Positions 24,681 to 33,403 of a DNA stretch of 40,696 bases are shown piece by piece (positions within the stretch are counted from its first letter, which is position 1; each line of letters opens with the position of its first letter). Origin of the DNA: a virus (lineage: Duplodnaviria; Caudoviricetes). The notes below the pieces were generated by a model. It was not told the DNA's origin. It worked only from the letters and a program-made list of their open reading frames with translations, and ran no database searches. The stretch covers positions 1-40,696 of the IMG/VR virus record IMGVR_UViG_3300038393_001363, one strand, 5' to 3'. The position numbers were made by a program, and so were the translations under genes.

Positions 24681-27530
24681 TCACGAGCAACCAAGGCTCG
24701 ACCCGCAGACGTGGCATCGATAGCACGATCCGTTGCGGACGGTGATCGACCCGCAGGTGTCGCACAACGGCGCGTCGCTTTGGAACTTCGCGAACTGATC
24801 CTGTTGGTTGTCGACTGCGACAGGGACGTTCTCGGCGGCCGGCGCGGCGTAATCCCGGTTCGGCGAGTTCGCCTCGCGATAGCCGGGAATGCACTCTACG
24901 CCCAGCCATCGCGAGATGTAGTCCGTCAAGGACTTGGCGATCGGGATATCCTTGTTTCGTGTCATCCCCGCCGGCTCAAACCGGCTGTGCGCGAACTTTT
25001 CGACGATGACTTCGAGCGGAACGCCGTATTGGAGGCCGAGCGAAATCGCCGTGGCCCATGCGTCGACCAGGCCGCCGATCGTCGAACCCTCCTTCGACAT
25101 CGTTACGAAAAGCTCGCCGACGCCGCCCGAAGGATAGAAGCCTGCGGTTGCATACCCCTCGTGACCGCCGATCGAGAACTTGTGAGTGACGGAACGCCTC
25201 GTGTCGGGAAGTCGCTCTCGCCGTGGCGGGCAATCGACGACGGCGATTGGATTGGCCTCGTCCTTCTTGGATTCCGCCTTCGTGCTCAACGGCTGCGACG
25301 CCTTGCTGTTCTCGCGGTAGATCGCGACGCACTTCAAACCCCGCCTCCAGGCGTAGATGTAGGCGTCGCAAATATCCTGGACCGTGAAGGATTCCGGGGC
25401 GTTCACGGTCTTCGAGATCGCGCCCGACAGGAACGGCTGGACCGCCGCCATCATGTCGATGTGGCCCTTCCAGGCGATGGACCGGCCGCCCTTGGACGTC
25501 GCGAAGGCGCAGTCGAAGATCGGCACGTCCTTGGCGACGACTTCCTCGCAGCCCTCGATTCCGCCGTTCTTGTCGATGTATTCGATGATCCGATCGATTG
25601 CGGCGGGCGGGTATCCGAGGTTTTCCAGCGCGGACGGGACGACCGTATTCACGTAGCGGAGGTTGCCGCCGCCGGCCAGAACCTTGTACTTGACCAACGC
25701 GATGTCGGGCTCGACGCCCGTCGTCGCCGCGTCCATCATGAACCCGATCGTTCCGGTCGGCGCGAGCAACGTGGCCTGTGCGTTGCGGAAACCCCACAAG
25801 CCGCCGAAGCGAACGACGTCGGGCCACAGCCAATCGGACACCTTTTTGAGCCGCCTGATCTCTTCGGAGCAGCCCTCAATCTGAGACGAAGCTTCGGCGT
25901 GCAGCCTCATGACATCCAGCATCGGAACCTTGTTCCGCTCATAGCCGGGGAACGAGCCCTTGACGCTCGCCATCTCGATGCTGACGCAGTTCGCCTTGGC
26001 GTGCATGATCGACGTGATCACCGCCGCATAGGATCGGCCCTCCTTGCTGTCGTATGGAAGGCCGGCGTGCATGAGCAGCGCGCCGAGGTTGCAGTAGCCG
26101 AGGCCGAGCGGTCGGTAGTCGTGGCTGTTCTGGCAGATCGCGGCGGTCGGATAGCCACAACGATCCACGAGGATTTCCTGCGCGATGAAGAAGATTCGCA
26201 CAGCCGCTCGGAATCGATCGTCGTCGAACCGTCCGTGCGATTTGGCGAACTTCATCAGGTTTAATGAAGCTAGATTGCAAGCGGTATTGCTTAAGAAGAG
26301 GAATTCGCTGCACGGATTGCAGCCGTAAATCGCATCAGTGTTCTTGCAGGTGTGCCACTTCTGAATCGTATCCGTGAAATGCACGCCGGGGTCGCCGCAC
26401 TTCCACGTTCCCTGCGAGACCTCGTCGATGAGCAGGTTGGCGTCATAGGCTGGCATCCTCTCGCCCTGAGTGTTGAACTCCGTCCCGGTCGTCACCGCCC
26501 TCGTCTGCCAGATCGGGTTGCGGTCCCGCCCGACGACCTTGAGCATGAAGTCGTCCGAGAAACGCACGCTCATGTTCGAGTTCTGGAAGCAGACGGTCGA
26601 GTAGGCTTCGCCGTTGAAGTTCGACTCGTAGCCCTCGCGAATCAGGGCGTGGGCCTTAGCCTCCTCAACGCCCTTGCAACGGATGAATTCGAGGATGTCG
26701 GGGTGCCAGTCGTCCAGGATCTCCATCTTGGCCGCGCGACGCGCACGGCCACCCGACTTTGTCACCTTGGCGACAGCGTCGTAGACGGTCATGAAACTGA
26801 GCGGGCCGGACGGCTTTCCCCCGCCGCGAACAACCTCGCGACTCGAACGGATGCTGGAGTTGTTCGTTCCGGTGCCGCTGCCGTACTTGAAGATCCGCCC
26901 CTCGATCGCGGCCCGCTCGTAGATGCCGGGAATCGAGTCTTCGACGCCGGTGATGAAGCAGGCCGAGCCTTGTGGCGACTTATAGGCGTCTCCGTCTTTG
27001 ACCGGGACGGCCTTGTCCTCTTCGACGTCGTACCGGAATCCGTCGTAGGAACCCTTGATCCGATACTTGTCCCAAAGCCCGACGTTGAACCATACAGGGG
27101 AGTTGAACGCGCCGTACTGGTTGACCAACAGCCACGAAAGTTCGTCGCCGAAGACCTTTGAGTCCTCACGCGTCTCAAAGTAGCCGTCCTTGTATCCCCA
27201 CTCCGCAATCGTGTCCGCCACGCGAGACACCAACTGCCGCATCGAATATTCGCGCTGGCCGTCGGTCGGCGAACCGTTCCCTTGGCTGATTGGGCCGTAA
27301 AAATACTTGCTCGCGATGACGTTGCAGGCCAACTGGCTGTACGACTCGGGAAACTCGCAATCAGCCTGCTGAAAGACCGCGTCGCCCGACTCGCTCTTGA
27401 TTTCCGCCGCGCGCGTCGCCCATTCGATCTGATCAAAGGGATGGACGTTCGTGTCGCTGAAAACCCGCTTGATCTCCAGGCCGTCCACGTCCACGTCATC
27501 GGTCTCGTTCGTCTCGATAGCGTTCGCCAC
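24681..27530 (-). CDS. nrdJ: Class II (adenosylcobalamin-dependent) ribonucleotide reductase
   Basis: FNSPVWFNVG, PQGSACFI, NPCSE..FL..TACNLASLNL, APTGTI, GAISKTVN, TSCPD-like domain, C-terminal CxxC...CxxCG.SLGCS. Confidence 0.97.
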   Translation of the reverse strand: MANAIETNETDDVDVDGLEIKRVFSDTNVHPFDQIEWATRAAEIKSESGDAVFQQADCEFPESYSQLACNVIASKYFYGPISQGNGSPTDGQREYSMRQLVSRVADTIAEWGYKDGYFETREDSKVFGDELSWLLVNQYGAFNSPVWFNVGLWDKYRIKGSYDGFRYDVEEDKAVPVKDGDAYKSPQGSACFITGVEDSIPGIYERAAIEGRIFKYGSGTGTNNSSIRSSREVVRGGGKPSGPLSFMTVYDAVAKVTKSGGRARRAAKMEILDDWHPDILEFIRCKGVEEAKAHALIREGYESNFNGEAYSTVCFQNSNMSVRFSDDFMLKVVGRDRNPIWQTRAVTTGTEFNTQGERMPAYDANLLIDEVSQGTWKCGDPGVHFTDTIQKWHTCKNTDAIYGCNPCSEFLFLSNTACNLASLNLMKFAKSHGRFDDDRFRAAVRIFFIAQEILVDRCGYPTAAICQNSHDYRPLGLGYCNLGALLMHAGLPYDSKEGRSYAAVITSIMHAKANCVSIEMASVKGSFPGYERNKVPMLDVMRLHAEASSQIEGCSEEIRRLKKVSDWLWPDVVRFGGLWGFRNAQATLLAPTGTIGFMMDAATTGVEPDIALVKYKVLAGGGNLRYVNTVVPSALENLGYPPAAIDRIIEYIDKNGGIEGCEEVVAKDVPIFDCAFATSKGGRSIAWKGHIDMMAAVQPFLSGAISKTVNAPESFTVQDICDAYIYAWRRGLKCVAIYRENSKASQPLSTKAESKKDEANPIAVVDCPPRRERLPDTRRSVTHKFSIGGHEGYATAGFYPSGGVGELFVTMSKEGSTIGGLVDAWATAISLGLQYGVPLEVIVEKFAHSRFEPAGMTRNKDIPIAKSLTDYISRWLGVECIPGYREANSPNRDYAAPAAENVPVAVDNQQDQFAKFQSDAPLCDTCGSITVRNGSCYRCHVCGSSLGCS

Positions 27531-27567
27531 GTTGATCCTCTCGTGCAGGCTTCGGGAAAAATGTGAT

Positions 27568-28179
27568 TCAGGCGTAGGCTTGAAGTCGATTGCTCAGATT
27601 TCGCAGGGCGGCATTCTTGGCGTAGTCCACGGCCGTCCTGTCGCGATGCATGCGGATGCCGATCGATATCGCGCTTTCGCCGTGGAGGTAATGGCTGCGA
27701 ATCACGTCTTGCTGACAGGGCTTCAGCGTCCGAATGGCCGCTTCGATGTCCATTCGCATCGCAAACATCGCGGTCGTATCTCGAATTGCGGGAGGCGGGG
27801 CGACATCGGAGACTTCGTCCATGCCGTCTAGCCTGGCGACCCCGCGAATCCTCTTTGCGTCCTTGTAGCAGGCCCGCTCGTAAGCCCCCTTCTCCTGGAG
27901 ATAGCACGGGATTCGGATAAGGCCCGCGTTCCGTGCTTCCCTGATGAGCCCGTTGCGGATCGCCCTCACGGCGAAGGTGCTGAATTTGTAGCCCTTGCTC
28001 GCGTCGAACGATCGCGCCGCCTTGGCCAAGGCCATGCGGCCGATCTGGAACTGGTCCTGATATTCGATCTTCCTGATCTTCATGTTCTTGATCGTGAAGC
28101 CGACCAGGCCGTCGTTCTCAACGAATAGGGCCATCTGCTCATCCGTGAGCGGCGGCGGTTTGTTCTCCGTGGCGTCCAT
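27568..28179 (-). CDS. Second sigma70-family sigma factor
   Basis: N.GLV...D.FQIG..AL.KAARSFD.SKGYKFSTFA.RAIRN...IRIP; region 4 L...QQDVI..HY..GES...IG. Confidence 0.85.
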   Translation of the reverse strand: MDATENKPPPLTDEQMALFVENDGLVGFTIKNMKIRKIEYQDQFQIGRMALAKAARSFDASKGYKFSTFAVRAIRNGLIREARNAGLIRIPCYLQEKGAYERACYKDAKRIRGVARLDGMDEVSDVAPPPAIRDTTAMFAMRMDIEAAIRTLKPCQQDVIRSHYLHGESAISIGIRMHRDRTAVDYAKNAALRNLSNRLQAYA

Positions 28180-28563
28180 TCAACTTCCTCGCTCCGCGTC
28201 CAACTTCTCGATCAGCGCCATCGACGCGAGATAGGAGCAATCCGACTCGTGCGGCCGGTTCGACAACATCACGCCGCAGTGGAAGCAGACCCGGTCGAAG
28301 CAAATTCCTTCCTGCGCCTCGAACCCCGACTTGAGCAAGCCTCGCAAGGCCGTCTCGGCATCGCTGTAAACCAGAGTCGGCTCCAATGGCGTCAGATCGG
28401 GCGGATCATATTTCGGTCGTTCCTTGACGCCGAGCGTGTAGTCGATCATGTCTTGAAAGAAGTCTCTGCCGATATTCATCGACTCATAGAACTCTTTCGA
28501 GATCGGCATGGGTCTACCAAAGACCTCTACGAAATACTTGGCGTCCATTTCGTCGGCCATCAC
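28180..28563 (-). CDS. Hypothetical protein
   Basis: MADEMDAKYF...; C-terminal CFHC...H..DC. Confidence 0.65.
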   Translation of the reverse strand: MMADEMDAKYFVEVFGRPMPISKEFYESMNIGRDFFQDMIDYTLGVKERPKYDPPDLTPLEPTLVYSDAETALRGLLKSGFEAQEGICFDRVCFHCGVMLSNRPHESDCSYLASMALIEKLDAERGS

Positions 28564-29000
28564 TTCCCCTTGCCAATCAGAATTGACCATGCCGCCAGCC
28601 CCAGAAGCGCGACGGCCAGCATCGTCGAAGCCTTGGGCTCGGGCACCGTCTGCGGGTTCAGCGGCGGGACAGGTACGATCGGCTGGCACGGCGGCGAAAT
28701 CGGCGGGCATGTCGGCGGCGGGAAACAAATCTCATGCGGACCCCTCATTTTCATCCACGGCTTATGTTCGTGACAGCCACACAACAGGACGTGGTTTTCC
28801 GGGTGCTCGATCCGATCCAGGATGCCTGCTGTGACTGGATGCCAGTGTCGGAATCGGGCCTCGTCCAACTCATAGCGGTGTTCAAGCATTTGCCAAATCG
28901 GCGTGTCGGGCGTTGCTCCGTGCTCGGCGATGTATTGCGCGCCAGCTTCGATTTGGCCTCGGTGTTGTTGTTCCCAAGGCGACATTCGGACGATGCCCAT
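28560..29000 (-). CDS. PEP-CTERM sorting-domain protein
   Basis: Pro-rich linker, then VPEP + hydrophobic helix (MLAVALLGLAAWSILI) + basic end GKGK; TAATG overlap at 29000. Confidence 0.75.
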   Translation of the reverse strand: MGIVRMSPWEQQHRGQIEAGAQYIAEHGATPDTPIWQMLEHRYELDEARFRHWHPVTAGILDRIEHPENHVLLCGCHEHKPWMKMRGPHEICFPPPTCPPISPPCQPIVPVPPLNPQTVPEPKASTMLAVALLGLAAWSILIGKGK

Positions 29001-29677
29001 TAATCGAAGTCTCCTTCGTCGTCGAACATGGGCTCGAAGTCCTCGTCGTCCTCGCTCGCTTCGTAGGCGTCGACCTTGAGCCTCGCGATCTCGGCGATGA
29101 TCTGGGCGTCCAACCAATCGGCGAATCGGCTGACGTCACGCCGAAGATAGGCGGCGGCGAGTTCGATCGCGTGAGCGTCTTCGCCGGTGAACGTCAGAGT
29201 CACCGACTTGTCTTTGGTGTGCTTCGGCTTCATCGCTGGGCCGTACGTCTCATTCAACGGCTTCTGGGCGATCAAGACGCCGAGCACGTCGGGCGGGACG
29301 AAATTTGGCGATTTTCTGAGCTTCCCCGTTTCGTCATACCAGTGCTGGCCATCGAACTTGCTCAGGTTCGCACGCCCGACTTCCTTGTCCACGGCAGGCC
29401 CGTCGACACCGAACGCGACGTCGGTCCCGTTGCAGACGAAACGAAGATCCGCGCATCCGTCAGCGACTTCGACCAGCATCTCGGGCGTGACCAGTTCGCC
29501 GTTCACGATGGCCTCCTCGACCACCGTCAAAGCATCCTGGACTTCCTTGTGCTCCTCCGCGATCAGCGTCTTCCTCAGTTGCACCGTCTTGAGATCCGGC
29601 TCGCACGGGCGACCCGTGGACAGTTTGTTTCCGACCGCAGTCTCGAACTTGCAAACACCAAGAAACGCTTGGTCCAC
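29000..29677 (-). CDS. MazG-like all-alpha NTP pyrophosphohydrolase (DR2231/dUTPase-like) with C-terminal extension
   Basis: LIAEEHKE...EVADGCADL.FV..G....G......EV.RANLSK......GK..K...F.PPD. Confidence 0.85.
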   Translation of the reverse strand: MDQAFLGVCKFETAVGNKLSTGRPCEPDLKTVQLRKTLIAEEHKEVQDALTVVEEAIVNGELVTPEMLVEVADGCADLRFVCNGTDVAFGVDGPAVDKEVGRANLSKFDGQHWYDETGKLRKSPNFVPPDVLGVLIAQKPLNETYGPAMKPKHTKDKSVTLTFTGEDAHAIELAAAYLRRDVSRFADWLDAQIIAEIARLKVDAYEASEDDEDFEPMFDDEGDFD

Positions 29678-29697
29678 GAATCACCCTCCCGGAAAAC

Positions 29698-29925
29698 TCA
29701 CGGCATTTCGACCATATCCGCCGACCCGCCCATTTCGACGATGACCTGCTCGGGCGGCGGACCCATATAGCAACGGTTCTTCTCGGACGTCGCATTCGGG
29801 AGCGGATCGCCCGCGCCCGGATTCACCCTCGCCTTCGACTCCGCGTACTCGTAGGCCGCGATGATCACAATGCAAATCGCGGCGATGAACGTGATCAGGA
29901 AAATGTCCGACTTAATCTTGCCCAA
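29698..29925 (-). CDS. Small membrane-anchored protein
   Basis: GGAG RBS; TTG start; N-terminal TM IFLITFIAAICIVIIAAY. Confidence 0.65.
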   Translation of the reverse strand: MGKIKSDIFLITFIAAICIVIIAAYEYAESKARVNPGAGDPLPNATSEKNRCYMGPPPEQVIVEMGGSADMVEMP

Positions 29926-29990
29926 TTAATGTTCTCCAAGGCCCAGGGATTCCCATTCGCCGACGCGGCGAATCTTGATCCCGAGAATTC

Positions 29991-30037
29991 ATTATACCGA
30001 CATGCAATGCCTCACGTCAATGCCAATTTTCAATGAT
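29991..30037 (-). promoter_or_regulatory. Sigma70 promoter with overlapping operator-like motif
   Basis: Minus strand TTGACG-18-TATAAT; gtcaatg-ccaatttt-caatgat at 30016-30037. Confidence 0.75.
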
Positions 30038-30263
30038 TTTGTCGCCAGGCTTTTCTAAGGAACCAGACGAACAGGGCGACGGCCGGAACCGTCAGCGGCG
30101 CGGCCAGGACGAATGTCGCGACCCATAGGATCTGCGGTTTCGACATGGTCGACCATCGGAGGTTCTTCCACTCGCTGGCAAGGCTTCCCGTCGCGATTCC
30201 CCACGCGAACGCACAGTAGTAGCCGAACGCGACGAGCCCGATGTTCCAAATCTGCTCAACCAT
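30030..30263 (-). CDS. Small two-TM membrane protein
   Basis: Start MVEQIW at 30263; GGGAGG RBS. Confidence 0.65.
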   Translation of the reverse strand: MVEQIWNIGLVAFGYYCAFAWGIATGSLASEWKNLRWSTMSKPQILWVATFVLAAPLTVPAVALFVWFLRKAWRQNH

Positions 30264-30444
30264 TCGCCCCTCCCGTCTTCGTGAATCGCAACGCCTGGTC
30301 GATCGCCTTCCTCGGAGTCTTGCCCATCGCCGTCCGGTCGCCGATACAGAGCTTCCAGACGCCAAGGGCCATGTCGCGTTCGAGCCGCAGCCCGAACGTC
30401 GTGATGAAGTCGAGCCGCGTCGTGTCGTTGGGCTTGGTGGTCAT
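30256..30444 (-). CDS. Hypothetical protein
   Basis: AAGGA RBS; DT.RLDF...R.AID.A pattern of small phage proteins. Confidence 0.65.
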   Translation of the reverse strand: MTTKPNDTTRLDFITTFGLRLERDMALGVWKLCIGDRTAMGKTPRKAIDQALRFTKTGGANG

Positions 30445-30468
30445 TGCGTGTCCTTTCGGGCGGGCGAG

Positions 30469-30741
30469 TCAGGTTGACGCCGACTCCCTCGGGTTCGCTA
30501 TGCATTCGGTGCAAAACGGCCCATGTACGCCTTTCGTCGCAACCTCGCAGCCGATGAGATCGGCTAACTTCTGAGTCAGTTCTTCCTGATAGATCGGATC
30601 CGCCGTCGATTCATTGATGGCTTCCTGGATTGATTCCACGACGACGATCCTGTCCGAGATGCGAAATTCGGCTTCGTATACGTCGTCGCATCCGTGCGGG
30701 CATCTGCCAACTATGGTCGTCCGGTGAATGGTCTTCATCAT
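30469..30741 (-). CDS. QueF-like (QueF-L type) minimal T-fold protein
   Basis: ~90 aa; CP...D.Y......VE.I......IYQEELTQKL matches the QueF/QueF-L catalytic Cys-Asp-Glu layout; directly after queE. Confidence 0.65.
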   Translation of the reverse strand: MMKTIHRTTIVGRCPHGCDDVYEAEFRISDRIVVVESIQEAINESTADPIYQEELTQKLADLIGCEVATKGVHGPFCTECIANPRESAST

Positions 30742-30748
30742 TGGTCTC

Positions 30749-31363
30749 CTATGCAATGCCAAGGAACTTGTGCGTCTGCATGCTCAACCGCCACTTGGGG
30801 TTGGCCATGCAGTATTCCACCGCCGCTTTCGTGTTCGATTCGACGTCAGGTCCATCCATCGGCTGAATGAAGAAGTGCTTGAAGTCGAGCGAGGCGAGAC
30901 GTTCGAGGTCGAGCCCTTCCTGTGGGTAGACGACCTTCAGTTCGTCGCCGCTTCGCTGAATCAGATCCGCGCCGGCTTTTGGACTCACCGTTATCCAGTC
31001 GATGAGTCTATCGACCTCACGCGTGCCGTTGGTCTCGATGGCGATGTAGTAGCCATGTCTTCGCAAAAACTCGGCGAGTATGAAATCAAGTTGGAGCGTC
31101 GGCTCGCCGCCCGTGAGTACGCAGAAGCGGTCTTTCTGCCGCCTATCTCCCCACGCTTTGTTGACGCGGCAACAGAATTCGATCGGCGAAAGGCTCTCGC
31201 CACCGATGAAATCCGTGTCGCAGAACCGGCATGTAGCCGACGCCCGATCTTCCTCGCGTCCGTTCCAGAGGTTGCAACCAGCGAACCGCGCGAATACAGC
31301 CGCGCGTCCCGTCCAGTAACCTTCGCCTTGAAGCGTCGGGAATATCTCCTTGACCTTATACAT
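30749..31363 (-). CDS. queE: 7-carboxy-7-deazaguanine synthase QueE (radical SAM)
   Basis: EIFPTLQGEG..TGRAAVF.RFAGCNLW...CRFCDTDF (Cx14Cx2C variant), LTGGEP, IETNGT, VSPK, WRLS.QTHK. Confidence 0.95.
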   Translation of the reverse strand: MYKVKEIFPTLQGEGYWTGRAAVFARFAGCNLWNGREEDRASATCRFCDTDFIGGESLSPIEFCCRVNKAWGDRRQKDRFCVLTGGEPTLQLDFILAEFLRRHGYYIAIETNGTREVDRLIDWITVSPKAGADLIQRSGDELKVVYPQEGLDLERLASLDFKHFFIQPMDGPDVESNTKAAVEYCMANPKWRLSMQTHKFLGIA

Positions 31364-32039
31364 CGAACAGCAACGCCTCCGCTTTCTTGGGTTCTCTGAT
31401 CTCCCGTTCCCATCGCTGATATCGCTTCACGACGATCCCCAGGCATTCGCCGTAGGTCAGGTGCTTCAGGTCGGGCAGCGTGCGGATCTTCATCGCGTCG
31501 CGCCACCAGTTCGTCGAATCGACGGAATCGAGACGCCGGACGTGCGTGTATCGCCTCATCGCCCAGCCGTGGACGTGTAGGTTCTCTGGGATCTCGTCGC
31601 AAGTCCTGCGGACCCAGGCTTCCTTGCCCTCTCGCGGCGGCAGTAATCCCAAGCCAATCCACCCACATCGCTCCGACGCCATCTGGCAGAGATCACGCAG
31701 CAGTTCGGGCGGGTCGGTCTCGTGGTAGGTGGGGAAGCCCTTGGGAAACGCCTCGTAGTTCGCAAGCGACCGTCGCCAATCGCCTGATATGTCATCGAGC
31801 CCCGCCACGGCGTCCGCGTGGCCGTCCCAGCGAGCCGCCCAATCGGCGTAGGCCGACAGGTCGACTTTCTCGCCCGACGAGAATTCCGAGAACGCCCCGG
31901 AGTCGATCAGCAATCGCTGAAACGTCATCTGGTATCTGTCCATCCACGGCGCATAGACCGCATAGGAGAACAGAACCGGCATTCCATCGGCGTGTTCCGC
32001 TTGCTGCTGCGTATTGGGGGACGCCAGGTATACCTTCAT
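31356..32039 (-). CDS. dpdA: TGT-like / DpdA-like 7-deazaguanine transglycosylase
   Basis: LLIDSGAFS, LDDI, P.YH, IGLG, HVHG, DSVDSTNW motifs of the TGT fold; 8-nt overlap with queE. Confidence 0.72.
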   Translation of the reverse strand: MKVYLASPNTQQQAEHADGMPVLFSYAVYAPWMDRYQMTFQRLLIDSGAFSEFSSGEKVDLSAYADWAARWDGHADAVAGLDDISGDWRRSLANYEAFPKGFPTYHETDPPELLRDLCQMASERCGWIGLGLLPPREGKEAWVRRTCDEIPENLHVHGWAMRRYTHVRRLDSVDSTNWWRDAMKIRTLPDLKHLTYGECLGIVVKRYQRWEREIREPKKAEALLFDV

Positions 32040-32101
32040 TCAGCAATCCTTAGATTCCGAATATATGACTCAACGACGCTGTCGTGTTCGTATTCGAGAT
32101 G

Positions 32102-32139
32102 AAAAACCCCGGCCCAAGGTGCAACTCAGGCCGGGGTTT
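32102..32139 (-). terminator. Intrinsic terminator upstream of the dpdA-like gene (possibly bidirectional)
   Basis: AAAAA-CCCCGGCC...GGCCGGGG-TTT. Confidence 0.75.
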
Positions 32140-32270
32140 AAACCGTGTCCACGGATGAACCCTGGAGGAGTGCCAGGGCGCTTCTGCAAACGACTCTCGC
32201 GGATTATCGCTCGGCGCTGGACGCCGATATCAGAAGCATGGAACCCACCGAGACCGTACTTCAAGGTGAT

Positions 32271-32606
32271 TCAGACGGCGAGGCTTTCGCGAAGCCGAAT
32301 CAGGTGTGCGTTGATGTCGCTGGCCCTGCGGACGAGCATCTTGAGCCGCGCGCCGATCGGGCTGATGGGCGGCATGGGAACACCCGGATCGGCCTTGTCG
32401 CAGATGGCACCGACCGGAATGAGAATCGGCTCTGCCGTTCCTTCCAGGAGCGACACGGTTTCGCAAATCATGTTCAGCGTGGAATCCAGGGTGTCGATGT
32501 CGACCTGGATATTGTCGACTTTGGATGGCAGGGCGGTTCCGGCGACGCCCCTCATCGCGGAGATCGTGTTGCAAACGGGCACATGCGCACCAGAGTAGTC
32601 AATCAT
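32271..32606 (-). CDS. Hypothetical protein
   Basis: 111 aa; ATGA overlap with the glycosyltransferase. Confidence 0.6.
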   Translation of the reverse strand: MIDYSGAHVPVCNTISAMRGVAGTALPSKVDNIQVDIDTLDSTLNMICETVSLLEGTAEPILIPVGAICDKADPGVPMPPISPIGARLKMLVRRASDINAHLIRLRESLAV

Positions 32607-33403
32607 TGAGATTTTCCCTTGTTAACCTTGCTGCTGTCGTCCGGAACAAACTTCGGGTAGATCGGCGGCAGTTCGCAACTGTCCCAATAGTCGATGCCGA
32701 TGTGCCTCAGCGGAATCCACGTCGCGGAATAGGGCGCGGCGAGGCTGTCGAGGTAATGGCTCAGATACCAGTCTTCGGACACCACCCACGCCTGGCGATT
32801 TCCGGTCTCGGGATTGACTTGGATCTCGTTGAGGATGTGGAACCGGAACGAATCCCATCCCGGCCAACTCAGGTCGGCGAGCCAGAGCCCCGTGTTCACG
32901 AGGAGGATTTCATCGTCGGATTTCGCCACGTCTTCCGTCCCGAACGTCGTCGGCATGCCGGGCTGATCCGACATGGTGATGTATCGCCGGAAGTTGAATG
33001 GCTCGTCGCGGACGCCGACGGCCGTGCTCGTGCGGATCCGCTCGTGGTCCTTCATCGGGACGACCGCCGAGATGAGGACGTCTCCGCGTTCCTTCATTCG
33101 CCCGTACAGTTCGTTGATCCACCCCTTGGACGCCCCGATGTCGCTGTGGTGCATGGCCAGGTAGTCGACATCGCCCGCATCGCGCCTGTTCAACGCTTCA
33201 GCGAGGAGCATATTGAACGTCCACGTCAGCAACGAGCTTCGACTTCCGAGTTTGTGGACGACCTGGACGTGCTTGTCCGGCGGATAAGCGTCGTTGTTCT
33301 CGCCCTCTTCCAGCGTGTAGTTCGACTCGTAGAAGACCTCCGAAGAATACTTCGGGGATACGATCATCACGCGAGGAAGCTTCGTTCCAGTGGCAACTGT
33401 CAT
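32603..33403 (-). CDS. GT-A fold glycosyltransferase-like protein
   Basis: FN.L...AL....DYLAMHHSDI (DxD-like), VNTGLWLADL, SEDWY.S, L.HIG; TAATG start at 33403. Confidence 0.7.
   Translation of the reverse strand: MTVATGTKLPRVMIVSPKYSSEVFYESNYTLEEGENNDAYPPDKHVQVVHKLGSRSSLLTWTFNMLLAEALNRRDAGDVDYLAMHHSDIGASKGWINELYGRMKERGDVLISAVVPMKDHERIRTSTAVGVRDEPFNFRRYITMSDQPGMPTTFGTEDVAKSDDEILLVNTGLWLADLSWPGWDSFRFHILNEIQVNPETGNRQAWVVSEDWYLSHYLDSLAAPYSATWIPLRHIGIDYWDSCELPPIYPKFVPDDSSKVNKGKSQ

Noticed and set aside
24681-27530. Intein or intron in nrdJ
   Set aside because: Reading frame and motif spacing are continuous; no intein splice motifs or homing endonuclease seen
24429-27907. 611-aa, 372-aa, 285-aa and 269-aa ORFs overlapping nrdJ
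   Set aside because: Antisense or alternative-frame shadows of a clearly identified gene; no motifs
32070-32264. 64-aa minus ORF upstream of the dpdA-like gene
   Set aside because: No RBS, runs through a terminator hairpin, and has non-protein-like composition
32598-32612. ATCATTG half-site at the start of the 32271..32606 gene
   Set aside because: Explained by the ATGA start/stop overlap; no second half-site at 8-nt spacing and no promoter
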